DNA of 64,000 nucleotides from Lentihominibacter sp. GTDB lineage: Bacteria; Bacillota; Clostridia; Peptostreptococcales; Anaerovoracaceae. A program made the translations under genes and the position numbers. This document shows, in pieces, positions 47,851 to 56,954 of this stretch. Below the pieces are notes generated by a model. The model made no database searches. It was not told the origin of the DNA and saw only the letters and a program-made list of their open reading frames with translations. Where the stretch lies: the NCBI GenBank assembly GCA_050953465.1, contig JBMNMR010000001.1:221976-285975 (forward strand), written 5' to 3'. Numbering within the stretch: position 1 is the first letter of the stretch; every line of letters begins with the position of its first letter.

Positions 47851-48036
47851 ATGTCAAAGAAAGATAAAATTGAAGAAAATGTATTCAAAGAACTTATCAA
47901 GGATCTTATTGGCAAAGCGGCAAGTCTGGAAGAGTGTGAACTCATTGAGGATAAGTACAGGAAGTATTTCATGGGAGATGAAATTCTGGATATAATCTAC
48001 GAGGCTAAGAAGGCAAAGGGATTTATCAGAGAATAG
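47851..48036 (+). CDS. Small helical protein, unknown function (61 aa)
   Basis: SD AAGGGGG; upstream TGGTAGAAT; followed by a terminator. Confidence 0.7.
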   Translation: MSKKDKIEENVFKELIKDLIGKAASLEECELIEDKYRKYFMGDEILDIIYEAKKAKGFIRE

Positions 48037-48066
48037 CTGCACATACGGAGACGATTTATACCATTT

Positions 48067-48095
48067 AAATTGCCGGGGACATTCCCCGGCAATTT
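48067..48095. terminator. Bidirectional intrinsic terminator
   Basis: Perfect 13-bp stem AAATTGCCGGGGA-cat-TCCCCGGCAATTT between convergent genes. Confidence 0.9.
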
Positions 48096-48107
48096 TTAAT
48101 GTCTGAT

Positions 48108-48224
48108 TTATTCCTGTTCCTGTTTTTCTTTTCTCGCCTTCATCATGATGTGTAGGGATACGCCGCAGCCGCCCCATAATCCGATGCAGGCAATGCACAT
48201 CATTATTATTGCACTTGCACTCAT
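48108..48224 (-). CDS. MetS-family small subunit of an NSS amino-acid transporter (38 aa)
   Basis: MSASAIIMMCIACIGLWGGCGVSLHIMMKARKEKQEQE*; SD AGGAGG; the M.S.AI.MM..LWGG pattern directly after an NSS gene. Confidence 0.8.
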   Translation of the reverse strand: MSASAIIMMCIACIGLWGGCGVSLHIMMKARKEKQEQE

Positions 48225-48239
48225 TTTATTTTCCTCCTT

Positions 48240-49733
48240 TTACTCATCGTATCCCGGGGCACCTTCAGGTTTCTCGTAGTAGCCCTTCTTACCCTTCATT
48301 GCAGTAAATACTATTGTTCCGATTACCAAGAATGCGATGAATATCAGTCCTATCCACTGAGGATATCCTTCGTATCCGGATGTGAAGTAGGAGATAAGGT
48401 TTGAAACAACGGTGTAGCCCAGAACGATTACCGTTACTGCCTTAAGACACCATGTCCACCACCTGCCGATGCTGAAGTTGGAAAACTCATTTGCCGCCTG
48501 CCTCAATTTTTCAGGCTTGAAGAACCAGCCTATCAGAACAACTTCGATAACGCCGCAGAAAACGACTCCGATATTGTTGGCGATATAGTCGGCCAGATCC
48601 AGGAAGTACAGCCCCGCTCCTGTAATAAACAGGAATGAAATAATGAATGCAGGAACCAGCACAACTGTAACCGCCTTCTTGTGTGACAGCTCCCACTTAT
48701 CCTGAATACCCGTTATTACAGCCTGCATAATTGAAATCAGCGATGTCAGACCGGCGGTAAACAGGGAAATGAAGAACAGCACGCCGAACAGTGAGTTCAA
48801 AGCAGGCAGCGAGCTTACAGCTATAGGGAAAACCACGAAGGCCAGACCCACACCTGCCGCAGCAACGTCTTCAACACCGACACCCTGAACATAAGCCATG
48901 TAGCCGAGGAACGAGAATATACCGATTCCGGCGAAAATCTCAAATCCATGGTTGGTGGTTGCCGTCAGAAAAGCGGTATTAACAACATCCGTTTCCTTTG
49001 GCAGATAGCTTGAGTATGAAATCATAATAGCAAAGGCTATGGATAAACTGAAGAATACCTGTCCGTATGCAGCTACCCATACATCGGTATTCAGGATGGC
49101 ACTCCAGTCCGGAGTGAACAGGTATGCCAGGCCGTCAATGGCACCGGGCAATGTAATTCCTCTTATCACAATAACGATTACACAAAACATCAGAACCGGC
49201 AAGGATATTCTGCATGCAAGGTCGATTCCCTTGTTGATTCCCCGGTACATAATAAATCCTACGATAACCCATACCAGCAGGAACGGTATTATCAGATTTG
49301 TTTTAAGACCTCCCACGGCAATAATGGAATCGGTAATCCCCAGAACATTGCCGAAGAAGAACCCGCTTGTATCCTCTCCCCATTGGGTTCCGAAAGAATA
49401 GAAGATATAGCAGATTACCCAGACTATGATTGCCAAATAATAAACACTGATCAGAAAGGCGACCATAACCTGAGCCCAGCCCAGCCACTCAAACTTGCGG
49501 TTGATTCTCGCGAAGGTTCCCGGTGAACCGGACTTGTAGGTTTTACCTAACGTGTACTCCAGAATAAGAATAGGAATACCCGCTGTTATAATAGCGAATA
49601 AGTATGGGAAAATAAACGCACCTCCGCCGTTCGTTGCTGCGATATACGGAAATCTCCACAGATTGCCCAATCCGACAGCTGAACCGATAGCTGCGAGAAT
49701 GAATCCCAGTTTTGTGTTCCATTGAGTTCTCAT
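48240..49733 (-). CDS. Sodium-dependent NSS/SNF family transporter (MetP-like)
   Basis: GSAVGLGNLWRFPY, NGGGAF, AYGQVFFSLS, GVGLAFVVFP. Confidence 0.93.
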   Translation of the reverse strand: MRTQWNTKLGFILAAIGSAVGLGNLWRFPYIAATNGGGAFIFPYLFAIITAGIPILILEYTLGKTYKSGSPGTFARINRKFEWLGWAQVMVAFLISVYYLAIIVWVICYIFYSFGTQWGEDTSGFFFGNVLGITDSIIAVGGLKTNLIIPFLLVWVIVGFIMYRGINKGIDLACRISLPVLMFCVIVIVIRGITLPGAIDGLAYLFTPDWSAILNTDVWVAAYGQVFFSLSIAFAIMISYSSYLPKETDVVNTAFLTATTNHGFEIFAGIGIFSFLGYMAYVQGVGVEDVAAAGVGLAFVVFPIAVSSLPALNSLFGVLFFISLFTAGLTSLISIMQAVITGIQDKWELSHKKAVTVVLVPAFIISFLFITGAGLYFLDLADYIANNIGVVFCGVIEVVLIGWFFKPEKLRQAANEFSNFSIGRWWTWCLKAVTVIVLGYTVVSNLISYFTSGYEGYPQWIGLIFIAFLVIGTIVFTAMKGKKGYYEKPEGAPGYDE

Positions 49734-49795
49734 TTAATCACTCTCCTAAAAAAATTCAAAAAATATATAATTACTTGTCTTTTACAGACTCTTTA

Positions 49796-49824
49796 ATTAT
49801 AAATTCTGCCCCTGTCAATGTCAA
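49796..49824 (-). promoter_or_regulatory. Consensus sigmaA promoter of the NSS transporter operon
   Basis: TTGACA-17 bp-TATAAT, perfect consensus; a second TTGACA sits in tandem. Confidence 0.8.
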
Positions 49825-49932
49825 TAAATTTCCCGTAACTGTTGTGGTGTAAACACAAAAAATTCCCACATTTTTTATGAATATACAAAAAGAATTATAT
49901 AAACTCCTTTGAGTTTCAAAATTCGCTTTTTG

Positions 49933-49961
49933 TTGTACTGAATAAAATTTTCCGTTATAAT
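49933..49961 (+). promoter_or_regulatory. Promoter of hypABF (leaderless geometry)
   Basis: TTGTAC-17 bp-TATAAT, then 6 nt and the hypA ATG. Confidence 0.7.
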
Positions 49962-49967
49962 ATATGC

Positions 49968-50309
49968 ATGCATGAACTGCCAATAACGCAAAATATAATA
50001 AAGATTGCAGAAAAGCACTGTCGCGAAGAAGGCGGCAGCAAAGTCCTCGCAGTACATCTGGTAATCGGCGATTACTCCGGCTATGTCGGTGATTCCGTCC
50101 AGATGTATTTTGATGTAATCAGCGAAGGAACACTTTGCGAGGGGGCCAGTTGCAAAATTACACACGTAGAACCCAGACTCCGCTGCAATAAATGCGGTGA
50201 ACTGTTTAAAAAACAACTTCTGACCTTCGACTGCCCTTACTGTGACGGACAGGGACAACCAACGGAGATCGGAAAGGAGTTCTACGTGGATTTTATAGAA
50301 ATAGAATAA
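49968..50309 (+). CDS. hypA: Hydrogenase nickel insertion protein HypA
   Basis: MHE N-terminus; CNKC and CPYC Zn motifs. Confidence 0.96.
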   Translation: MHELPITQNIIKIAEKHCREEGGSKVLAVHLVIGDYSGYVGDSVQMYFDVISEGTLCEGASCKITHVEPRLRCNKCGELFKKQLLTFDCPYCDGQGQPTEIGKEFYVDFIEIE

Positions 50310-50325
50310 GCAGGAGGAGGGAAAA

Positions 50326-51030
50326 ATGCACGACATAAGAAAAATATCGATTGAGGAAGGAATCCTGGATGCAAATGATTCTATTGCCGAGCATGTACGG
50401 GAACATATGACAGACCATGGTATTCTTGTGGTAAATGAAATGGGGGCTCCGGGAGTGGGCAAAACCACAGTACTTAAGAATATTTTTAAACACATGACCA
50501 TGAGACCCTATGTCATTGAAGGTGATATTGAATCAGATCTGGATACAGTTGACCTGCAGGCTCTGGGGATTGATACATATCAGATAAATACCCATGGTGC
50601 ATGTCATCTGGATGCACCTATGATTGAACATGCCGTGGCTCACATAACTTTTGATGAACCGGGTATAATGTTTATTGAAAATATCGGTAACCTTGTATGC
50701 CCTGCGGAATTTACAATAGGGGAACATCTTCTTGTACTGGTTTCCGCCGTTACCGAAGGCAGCGATAAGCCTTACAAGTACCCTCTTGCCTTTGAGAAGG
50801 CGGATGCCATCATACTGAACAAGGTGGATCTGATTCCTTACCTGGATTTCGACGAAGACTTCTATATGAAAGGGATTCGTGCCCTGAACAAGGAAGTCCC
50901 CGTTTTTAAGGTTTCCGGAAAGACGGGCGAGGGATTTGCGGAAGTTGCCGCATGGCTGGAATCAAAAGCGAAGACTCTGGAAGCACATGAACACCATCAT
51001 CACAAACATGAACACCATCATCACGACTAA
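50326..51030 (+). CDS. hypB: Hydrogenase nickel incorporation GTPase HypB with C-terminal His-rich tail
   Basis: GAPGVGKT, IEGD, CHLDA, ENIGNLVCPA, EGSDKPYKYP, NKVD; tail HEHHHHKHEHHHHD. Confidence 0.96.
   Translation: MHDIRKISIEEGILDANDSIAEHVREHMTDHGILVVNEMGAPGVGKTTVLKNIFKHMTMRPYVIEGDIESDLDTVDLQALGIDTYQINTHGACHLDAPMIEHAVAHITFDEPGIMFIENIGNLVCPAEFTIGEHLLVLVSAVTEGSDKPYKYPLAFEKADAIILNKVDLIPYLDFDEDFYMKGIRALNKEVPVFKVSGKTGEGFAEVAAWLESKAKTLEAHEHHHHKHEHHHHD
50986..51027 (+). repeat. 21-bp tandem duplication in the hypB/hypF overlap
   Basis: CATGAACACCATCATCACAAA followed by CATGAACACCATCATCACGAC. Confidence 0.9.
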
Positions 51031-53305
51031 AATTAAATTATGGGGCATTGTCCAGGGGGTCGGTTTCCGGCCCTTTGTTGCTAAAGTAGCAAATCGAATG
51101 GGCATACGCGGCCAGGTTATGAATGTCGGCGGTTTGGTTGAAATTACCATAACCGGCACTCCCGGACAGATTGACGCTTTCGTTGATGCTCTTGCAGCCG
51201 AAAAACCCGATCCTTCTGAAATCGTGCATATAAGTTGCACTCTTTCAGAGTACCGTGACTTTGATGGTTTTGAAATAATCCGAAGCCACGAAGGCGATGA
51301 TGAGGCAGCTATGATTCCCACCGATCTGGCTATTTGTCCGCACTGTCTCACGGAGCTCTACAGCGTCAATGACAGGCGCCGGCAGCATCCGTTTATCAGC
51401 TGTATGATCTGTGGTCCGCGTTACTCAATAATAGATAAGATTCCCTACGATCGGGATAATACAACCATGATCGATTTTCCTATGTGCGGCTTTTGTGAGT
51501 CTGAATATACCGATCTTGACAACCGGCGACATCACGCACAGACCATATCCTGCCACGACTGCGGTCCGATACTTCTATGGAAAAATTTTCACTATTCATC
51601 GAATAGTTCATCTAACCTCTCCGATTCACAAATACTTGATGAGGCTGCCGCGATCCTGTCGGGCGGCGGTATAATCGCATTTAAAAGCGTGGGAGGATAC
51701 AATCTGGTGGCATCCCCTCACAGCGAGCCTGCTGTTGCAGGACTCAGGCAGATTAAAAACCGCAAATCCAAACCTTTTGCGGTTATGTTTCGTTCAATAG
51801 AGGAAATAGATCAATACTGTCACATAAACGCAGTGGAAGCAAAGCTTCTGGAATCATCTGCCCGGCCTATAATTCTTCTGGAACACAAACTTGATAAAAC
51901 AGAGCAGGTTGGCTGCCTGAGCTGTGATGAGCTGAAAAGCAGCCGCTTTATCGGCTCATTTCTGCCAAGCTTCGCAGCACAGTACATGCTGCTTGACAGA
52001 ATCAGTCCGCTGATTTTTACCAGTGCCAACCTGTCCGACATGCCGATGATAAAGGATGATGAGGAAATGTTCCGTTTTGCCCGTTCAGGCTTAATTGACG
52101 GAATTCTATACAACGAACGCCGCATAAATGTCCGCATTGACGATTCTGTAACACGCGTAATCGATGGGCAGCCTCAAATGATACGGCGCTCAAAGGGTTA
52201 TGCACCGGTCCCTCTGTATGTTGAAACCGGTTCGGATTCCGGTAAATTCATGATTCTTGCCACCGGTGGTCAGCTTAAAAATTCCTTTGCACTTACCAAA
52301 GGTCCTTTTGTCTACATGAGTCAGTATTTCGGTGATATGGATACTGTTGAGAACCAAACAGTATTCAGTGAAAATGTGGACAGAATGTCAGGTCTTTTCA
52401 GAATACAACCGGATGCTGTTGTTTGTGACATGCACCCGTTATACTTTACTACAGAATACGCAAAGGATTTTGCATCATTAAAACACCGTACTGCCCCACT
52501 CCCTGTTCTTGCAGTACAGCATCATCACGCACATATCGCATCGGTAATGGCTGAAAACAACCTCGATGGTCCTATAATCGGCGTGAGCTTCGATGGCACA
52601 GGCTACGGAACCGACGGTCATATATGGGGCGGCGAGTTTCTTCTATGTGAATGCGGAGAAATGGAGCGTATCGCTCATCTTAATTATATTGACATGATTG
52701 GGGGGGATTCCTCTGTCAAGGACGGAGTGCGTTCCGCCCTGAGTTATATTGCCGCTTATGGTAATATCGGTTCCGAAGCAGAAAAACCGGAAAGCATCGT
52801 TCCGGATATAGCTGATATAATAGAGTACGGCCGTAAAAGGCTGCTTTCAAAGCCCAACTCAAAACTTATTCTGAAAGCTATCAGCAGCAGAATAAATACC
52901 GTAAAGAGCTCAAGTATGGGGCGTCTCTTTGATGCCGTATCATCACTTCTCGGAATTTGCGATTATAACCATTATGAAGGACAGTGTGCCATTATGCTTG
53001 AAGATGCTGCTGCTTTCGCAAAAAAACACCCGGGCAAAGATCCGGCATCAGATCTGGCCCTGGCGTTTCACGAGCGTATTATTGATATGATTATTACTCA
53101 GTGCACCGCTATTCGCTTCTCCCGCGGTACAAATAAGGTCGCCCTGAGCGGCGGAACCTTCCAGAACAAAATCCTGATGGAAGGTGTTCTCGAAAGACTC
53201 CGCGCAGAGGGTTTCGAACCCTATTACAACATTTCTGTCAGTCCCAACGATGGAGGAATTGCCCTGGGACAGGCTTTCGTGGCGATGCACAAACTGAAAC
53301 CATAA
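51008..53305 (+). CDS. hypF: Carbamoyltransferase HypF
   Basis: GIVQGVGFRPF acylphosphatase domain, paired Zn fingers (CPHC..CMICGPRY; CGFC..SCHDCGP), RRSKGYAP, HHHAH, DGTGYG, NDGGIALGQ. Start 51008 or 50987. Confidence 0.96.
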   Translation: MNTIITTKIKLWGIVQGVGFRPFVAKVANRMGIRGQVMNVGGLVEITITGTPGQIDAFVDALAAEKPDPSEIVHISCTLSEYRDFDGFEIIRSHEGDDEAAMIPTDLAICPHCLTELYSVNDRRRQHPFISCMICGPRYSIIDKIPYDRDNTTMIDFPMCGFCESEYTDLDNRRHHAQTISCHDCGPILLWKNFHYSSNSSSNLSDSQILDEAAAILSGGGIIAFKSVGGYNLVASPHSEPAVAGLRQIKNRKSKPFAVMFRSIEEIDQYCHINAVEAKLLESSARPIILLEHKLDKTEQVGCLSCDELKSSRFIGSFLPSFAAQYMLLDRISPLIFTSANLSDMPMIKDDEEMFRFARSGLIDGILYNERRINVRIDDSVTRVIDGQPQMIRRSKGYAPVPLYVETGSDSGKFMILATGGQLKNSFALTKGPFVYMSQYFGDMDTVENQTVFSENVDRMSGLFRIQPDAVVCDMHPLYFTTEYAKDFASLKHRTAPLPVLAVQHHHAHIASVMAENNLDGPIIGVSFDGTGYGTDGHIWGGEFLLCECGEMERIAHLNYIDMIGGDSSVKDGVRSALSYIAAYGNIGSEAEKPESIVPDIADIIEYGRKRLLSKPNSKLILKAISSRINTVKSSSMGRLFDAVSSLLGICDYNHYEGQCAIMLEDAAAFAKKHPGKDPASDLALAFHERIIDMIITQCTAIRFSRGTNKVALSGGTFQNKILMEGVLERLRAEGFEPYYNISVSPNDGGIALGQAFVAMHKLKP

Positions 53306-53310
53306 CATTC

Positions 53311-56300
53311 TTACAGTATTCCTATGCCCTCCTGAGAAGCAAGCTTGCTGTACTTCTCGTATTTTTCCACAGCATCCGCCTCTGTCATTTCAAAGAGCTT
53401 GTCCGCTACTGCCGGGAATTCCTTGGCAAGAGCCGAATATCTGATCTGACTCATAATAAAATCACGGAATGAAGCAGTAGGTTCACCTGAGTCAAGAACG
53501 AACGGATTCTTTCCTTCCTTCTTAAGATCCGGATTATAGCGATACAGGTGCCAATAACCTGCTTCCACGGCATCCTTGATATTTTCCTGGGTTTTACCCA
53601 TACCCTTCTTAAGCCCATGGTTTATGCATGGTGAATAGGCAATAATTATCGAAGGGCCATCATAAGCTTCAGCTTCCAGCATAGCTTTCATAAGCTGATT
53701 CTTGTCAGCTCCCATACCAACCTGAGCCACATATACATAGCCATAGGACATTGCCATAAGGCCAAGATCCTTTTTCTTTACTCTTTTTCCGGACGCAGCA
53801 AATTTGGCTATTGCGGCAGCCGGAGTTGCCTTGGATGCCTGACCTCCCGTATTTGAATAAACTTCCGTATCAAATACGAGTATATTGATGTTCTCTCCCG
53901 ATGCCAGTACATGATCCAGGCCTCCGTAACCGATGTCATATGCCCATCCGTCACCGCCAAGAGCCCAGACGGACTTCTTTACAAGATAATCCTTCGCCTC
54001 AACTATACGCTCACAAAGGGAATTTACCACATCATCAGTGGAACCGATTCCGGCAATAGCTCCCAACACCTTTTCACTCTTGGCCCTTGTTTCCCTGCGA
54101 TCATCTTTGTATTCAAGCCACTCAACTATTGCTTCCTTAAGACGTTCATCCACATCCAGTTCCATGAGAGCTCTCATGTTTCTTTCTATTTTCTCTCTCA
54201 TCTGCTTAACGGCCAGAAGCATTCCATAACCGTATTCGGCATTGTCTTCAAAGAGAGAATTTGCCCATGCCGGGCCACGACCGTTCTCATCCTTGCAGTA
54301 AGGCATGCTTGGTGCGGATGCTCCCCAGATAGATGAACAGCCGGTTGCATTGGCAATAATCATTCTATCGCCGAACAGCTGTGTCGCCAGCTTGATATAC
54401 GGAGTTTCACCGCATCCTGCACAGGCACCGCTGAATTCAATGTAAGGTTTTGCGAACTGACTGCCCTTAACGGTTTCTCCGTTAAACAGATGCTCTCTGC
54501 GTGGCAGCTTAATACCGTATTCCCAGTTTTCGCATTCATGAACCACATCGGCATACGGCTTCATGACAAGTGCTTTTTCCTTGGCAGGGCAAACATCTTC
54601 ACAGTTTCCGCATCCCATACAGTCCAATGCTGAGAGCTGCATACGGTAATGCAGACCTACAAGACCCTTACCCATAGCCGTAAGCGTATCAAAACTATCC
54701 GGTGCCGCCGCTTTTTCCTCATCGGAAATCAGCATAGGACGAATAGCTGCATGAGGACAAACAAAAGCACACTGGTTGCACTGCAGACAGCTGTCCTTCT
54801 TCCATTCAGGCAGGTATACTGCTACTCCGCGCTTCTCATAAGCGGATGTTCCCGGTGGGAATGTACCGTCAGCCATGTCTTCAAAAACACTTACCGGCAG
54901 ATCATCGCCCTCTTTGCTGTTCATCGGCTGCATAATTTCACTGATGAATTCAGGCAGCTCCTCGAACTTCTCGCGCGGATTCTCACAATCAACCCATTCC
55001 GGCGGAATCTCAATTTTCCTGATGTTACGGATACCCTCATCAACTGCTCTGAAGTTCATGTCCACTATATCCTGACCTTTTCGCTTATAGCTCTTTTCGA
55101 TTCCTTCTTTCAGATATGCTATAGCCTTGTCTATAGGTATTACACCGGTCAGCTGGAAAAATGCAGCCTGCATAATCATGTTTATTCTGCCGCCCAGCCC
55201 TATATCACCGGCAATTTTCCAGCCGTTAATTACATAGAAATTAATCTCCTTCTTAGCCAGATCTCTCTTCATCTTGGCCGGAAGCACTTCCGCAATTTCC
55301 TCGTCAGTCCACAGACAATTGAGAAGGAAAGTTCCTCCCTTGTTTAATTCCTTAAGCATATCATATTGTCTGATATATGCCTGGTTGTGACATGCCACAA
55401 AATCCGCTCTGTTAATCAGATATGTGGACTGAATAGGCTGTTTCCCGAATCTGAGATGGGACACAGTTAATCCACCCGACTTCTTTGAGTCATATTCAAA
55501 ATAGCCCTGAGCATACAGGTCTGTCTTGTCTCCTATGATTTTTATGGCTGTTTTGTTGGCACCTACCGTTCCGTCAGAACCCAGTCCCCAGAATTTACAC
55601 TTGATTGTGCCCTTCGGTTCTCTGGCAATCCCCTCGGTAAAAGGCAGAGAATGTCCGGTTACATCATCCTCGATACCAACTGTGAAGTTGTTTTTAGGTC
55701 TCTTATGATAGAGGTTGTCATAGATGGAAAGGATCATGCCCGGGGTTGTATCCTTGGATCCGAGACCGTATCTTCCTCCGTATATTTCAGGAGCATTACG
55801 CATTCCGTAAAGAGCCGTCTTAACATCCTGATAGAGCGGCTCTCCCAGAGCTCCGGGCTCCTTGGTTCTGTCCAGCACAGCAATTCTCTCTACTGATTTA
55901 GGCAGGACATCCAAAAAATGCTTTTTTGAGAACGGTCGATATAATCTTACCTTAATAAGACCAACGCGATGTCCGTCCTCCAGCATATTGTTCATGGTTT
56001 CTTCTATGGTTTCACAGACAGAACCCATGGCTACTATAACGTTCTCGGCATCAGGTGCCCCTACATAATCAAAGAGCTTATATTTTCTTCCGGTAAGCTC
56101 GCTGATCTGTTTCATGTAATCCTCAACTATTTCCGGAATCGCATCATAATATTTGTTTGCCGCTTCCTTGCCCTGGAAGAATACGTCAGGATTCTGTGCC
56201 GTTCCCCTTATTACCGGATGTTCCGGATTTAATGCTCTCGCCCTGAATTCATCAATTGCTTTCCAGTCGACAAGCTTCCTGAAGTCATCGTGATTAAACA

Positions 56301-56856
56301 CATCTATTTTCTGAACTTCGTGTGATGTTCTGAATCCGTCAAAGAAATGCAGGAATGGCACCCTTCCCTTTATTGCAGAAAGATGTGCTATTCCGCCCAG
56401 ATCCATTACCTCCTGAACGGAGTTGGAGCAAAGCATGGCAAATCCTGTCTGTCTGCAGGCCATTACATCAGAATGGTCTCCAAAAATGCTTAAAGCGTGA
56501 CCGCTGATACTTCTTGCTGCCACATGGAAAACACCGGGCAGCAATTCTCCGGAAATCTTATACATGTTCGGAATCATAAGCAAAAGCCCTTGAGACGAAG
56601 TATATGTAGTTGACAGTGCTCCTGCAGCAAGTGAACCGTGTACAGAACCGGCTGCCCCCTGTTCAGACTGCATTTCAGCAACCTTTACGGGCTGACCGAA
56701 TATATTCTTTCTTCCGTAAGCAGACCATTCATCAACTGTCTCAGACATGGCGGATGAAGGTGTGATAGGATAGATTGCCGCCACATCCGTAAAAGCATAA
56801 GATACGTGTGCCGCAGCAGTATTTCCATCCATAGTTAACATTCTTGTTTTTCTCAT
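53311..56856 (-). CDS. nifJ: Pyruvate:ferredoxin (flavodoxin) oxidoreductase, canonical paralog 2
   Basis: MDGNTAAAH, YPITPS, EMQSE, RGTAQNPD, CLQCNQCAFVCPH, CMGCGNCEDVCP, GACAGCGETPY, GGDGWAYDIG. Start ATG 56856. Confidence 0.97.
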   Translation of the reverse strand: MRKTRMLTMDGNTAAAHVSYAFTDVAAIYPITPSSAMSETVDEWSAYGRKNIFGQPVKVAEMQSEQGAAGSVHGSLAAGALSTTYTSSQGLLLMIPNMYKISGELLPGVFHVAARSISGHALSIFGDHSDVMACRQTGFAMLCSNSVQEVMDLGGIAHLSAIKGRVPFLHFFDGFRTSHEVQKIDVFNHDDFRKLVDWKAIDEFRARALNPEHPVIRGTAQNPDVFFQGKEAANKYYDAIPEIVEDYMKQISELTGRKYKLFDYVGAPDAENVIVAMGSVCETIEETMNNMLEDGHRVGLIKVRLYRPFSKKHFLDVLPKSVERIAVLDRTKEPGALGEPLYQDVKTALYGMRNAPEIYGGRYGLGSKDTTPGMILSIYDNLYHKRPKNNFTVGIEDDVTGHSLPFTEGIAREPKGTIKCKFWGLGSDGTVGANKTAIKIIGDKTDLYAQGYFEYDSKKSGGLTVSHLRFGKQPIQSTYLINRADFVACHNQAYIRQYDMLKELNKGGTFLLNCLWTDEEIAEVLPAKMKRDLAKKEINFYVINGWKIAGDIGLGGRINMIMQAAFFQLTGVIPIDKAIAYLKEGIEKSYKRKGQDIVDMNFRAVDEGIRNIRKIEIPPEWVDCENPREKFEELPEFISEIMQPMNSKEGDDLPVSVFEDMADGTFPPGTSAYEKRGVAVYLPEWKKDSCLQCNQCAFVCPHAAIRPMLISDEEKAAAPDSFDTLTAMGKGLVGLHYRMQLSALDCMGCGNCEDVCPAKEKALVMKPYADVVHECENWEYGIKLPRREHLFNGETVKGSQFAKPYIEFSGACAGCGETPYIKLATQLFGDRMIIANATGCSSIWGASAPSMPYCKDENGRGPAWANSLFEDNAEYGYGMLLAVKQMREKIERNMRALMELDVDERLKEAIVEWLEYKDDRRETRAKSEKVLGAIAGIGSTDDVVNSLCERIVEAKDYLVKKSVWALGGDGWAYDIGYGGLDHVLASGENINILVFDTEVYSNTGGQASKATPAAAIAKFAASGKRVKKKDLGLMAMSYGYVYVAQVGMGADKNQLMKAMLEAEAYDGPSIIIAYSPCINHGLKKGMGKTQENIKDAVEAGYWHLYRYNPDLKKEGKNPFVLDSGEPTASFRDFIMSQIRYSALAKEFPAVADKLFEMTEADAVEKYEKYSKLASQEGIGIL

Positions 56857-56906
56857 AATATCCCCCTTTTTAGGCGATGTCTTGTGCATAAATTAGTACA
56901 TTTTCT

Positions 56907-56935
56907 ACTTTACTAAATTGCAGAATCAATGTCAA
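56907..56935 (-). promoter_or_regulatory. Putative promoter of PFOR paralog 2
   Basis: TTGACA-17 bp-TAAAGT; TGTATACA at 56949-56956 lies upstream. Confidence 0.6.
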
Positions 56936-56954
56936 TTGCACAATTATGTGTATA

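Noticed and set aside
45661-49733. ABC or NSS transporter as the nickel importer for the hyp genes
   Set aside because: The ABC system is a YtrA-type exporter with no binding protein, the NSS is an amino-acid symporter family, and each has its own promoter and terminator.
43810-53305. Track N-terminal extensions of hypD (44967), ybaK (45616), ABC permease (46518) and hypF (50936)
   Set aside because: The extensions overlap upstream genes or promoters; family N-termini and SD spacing point to the downstream ATGs.
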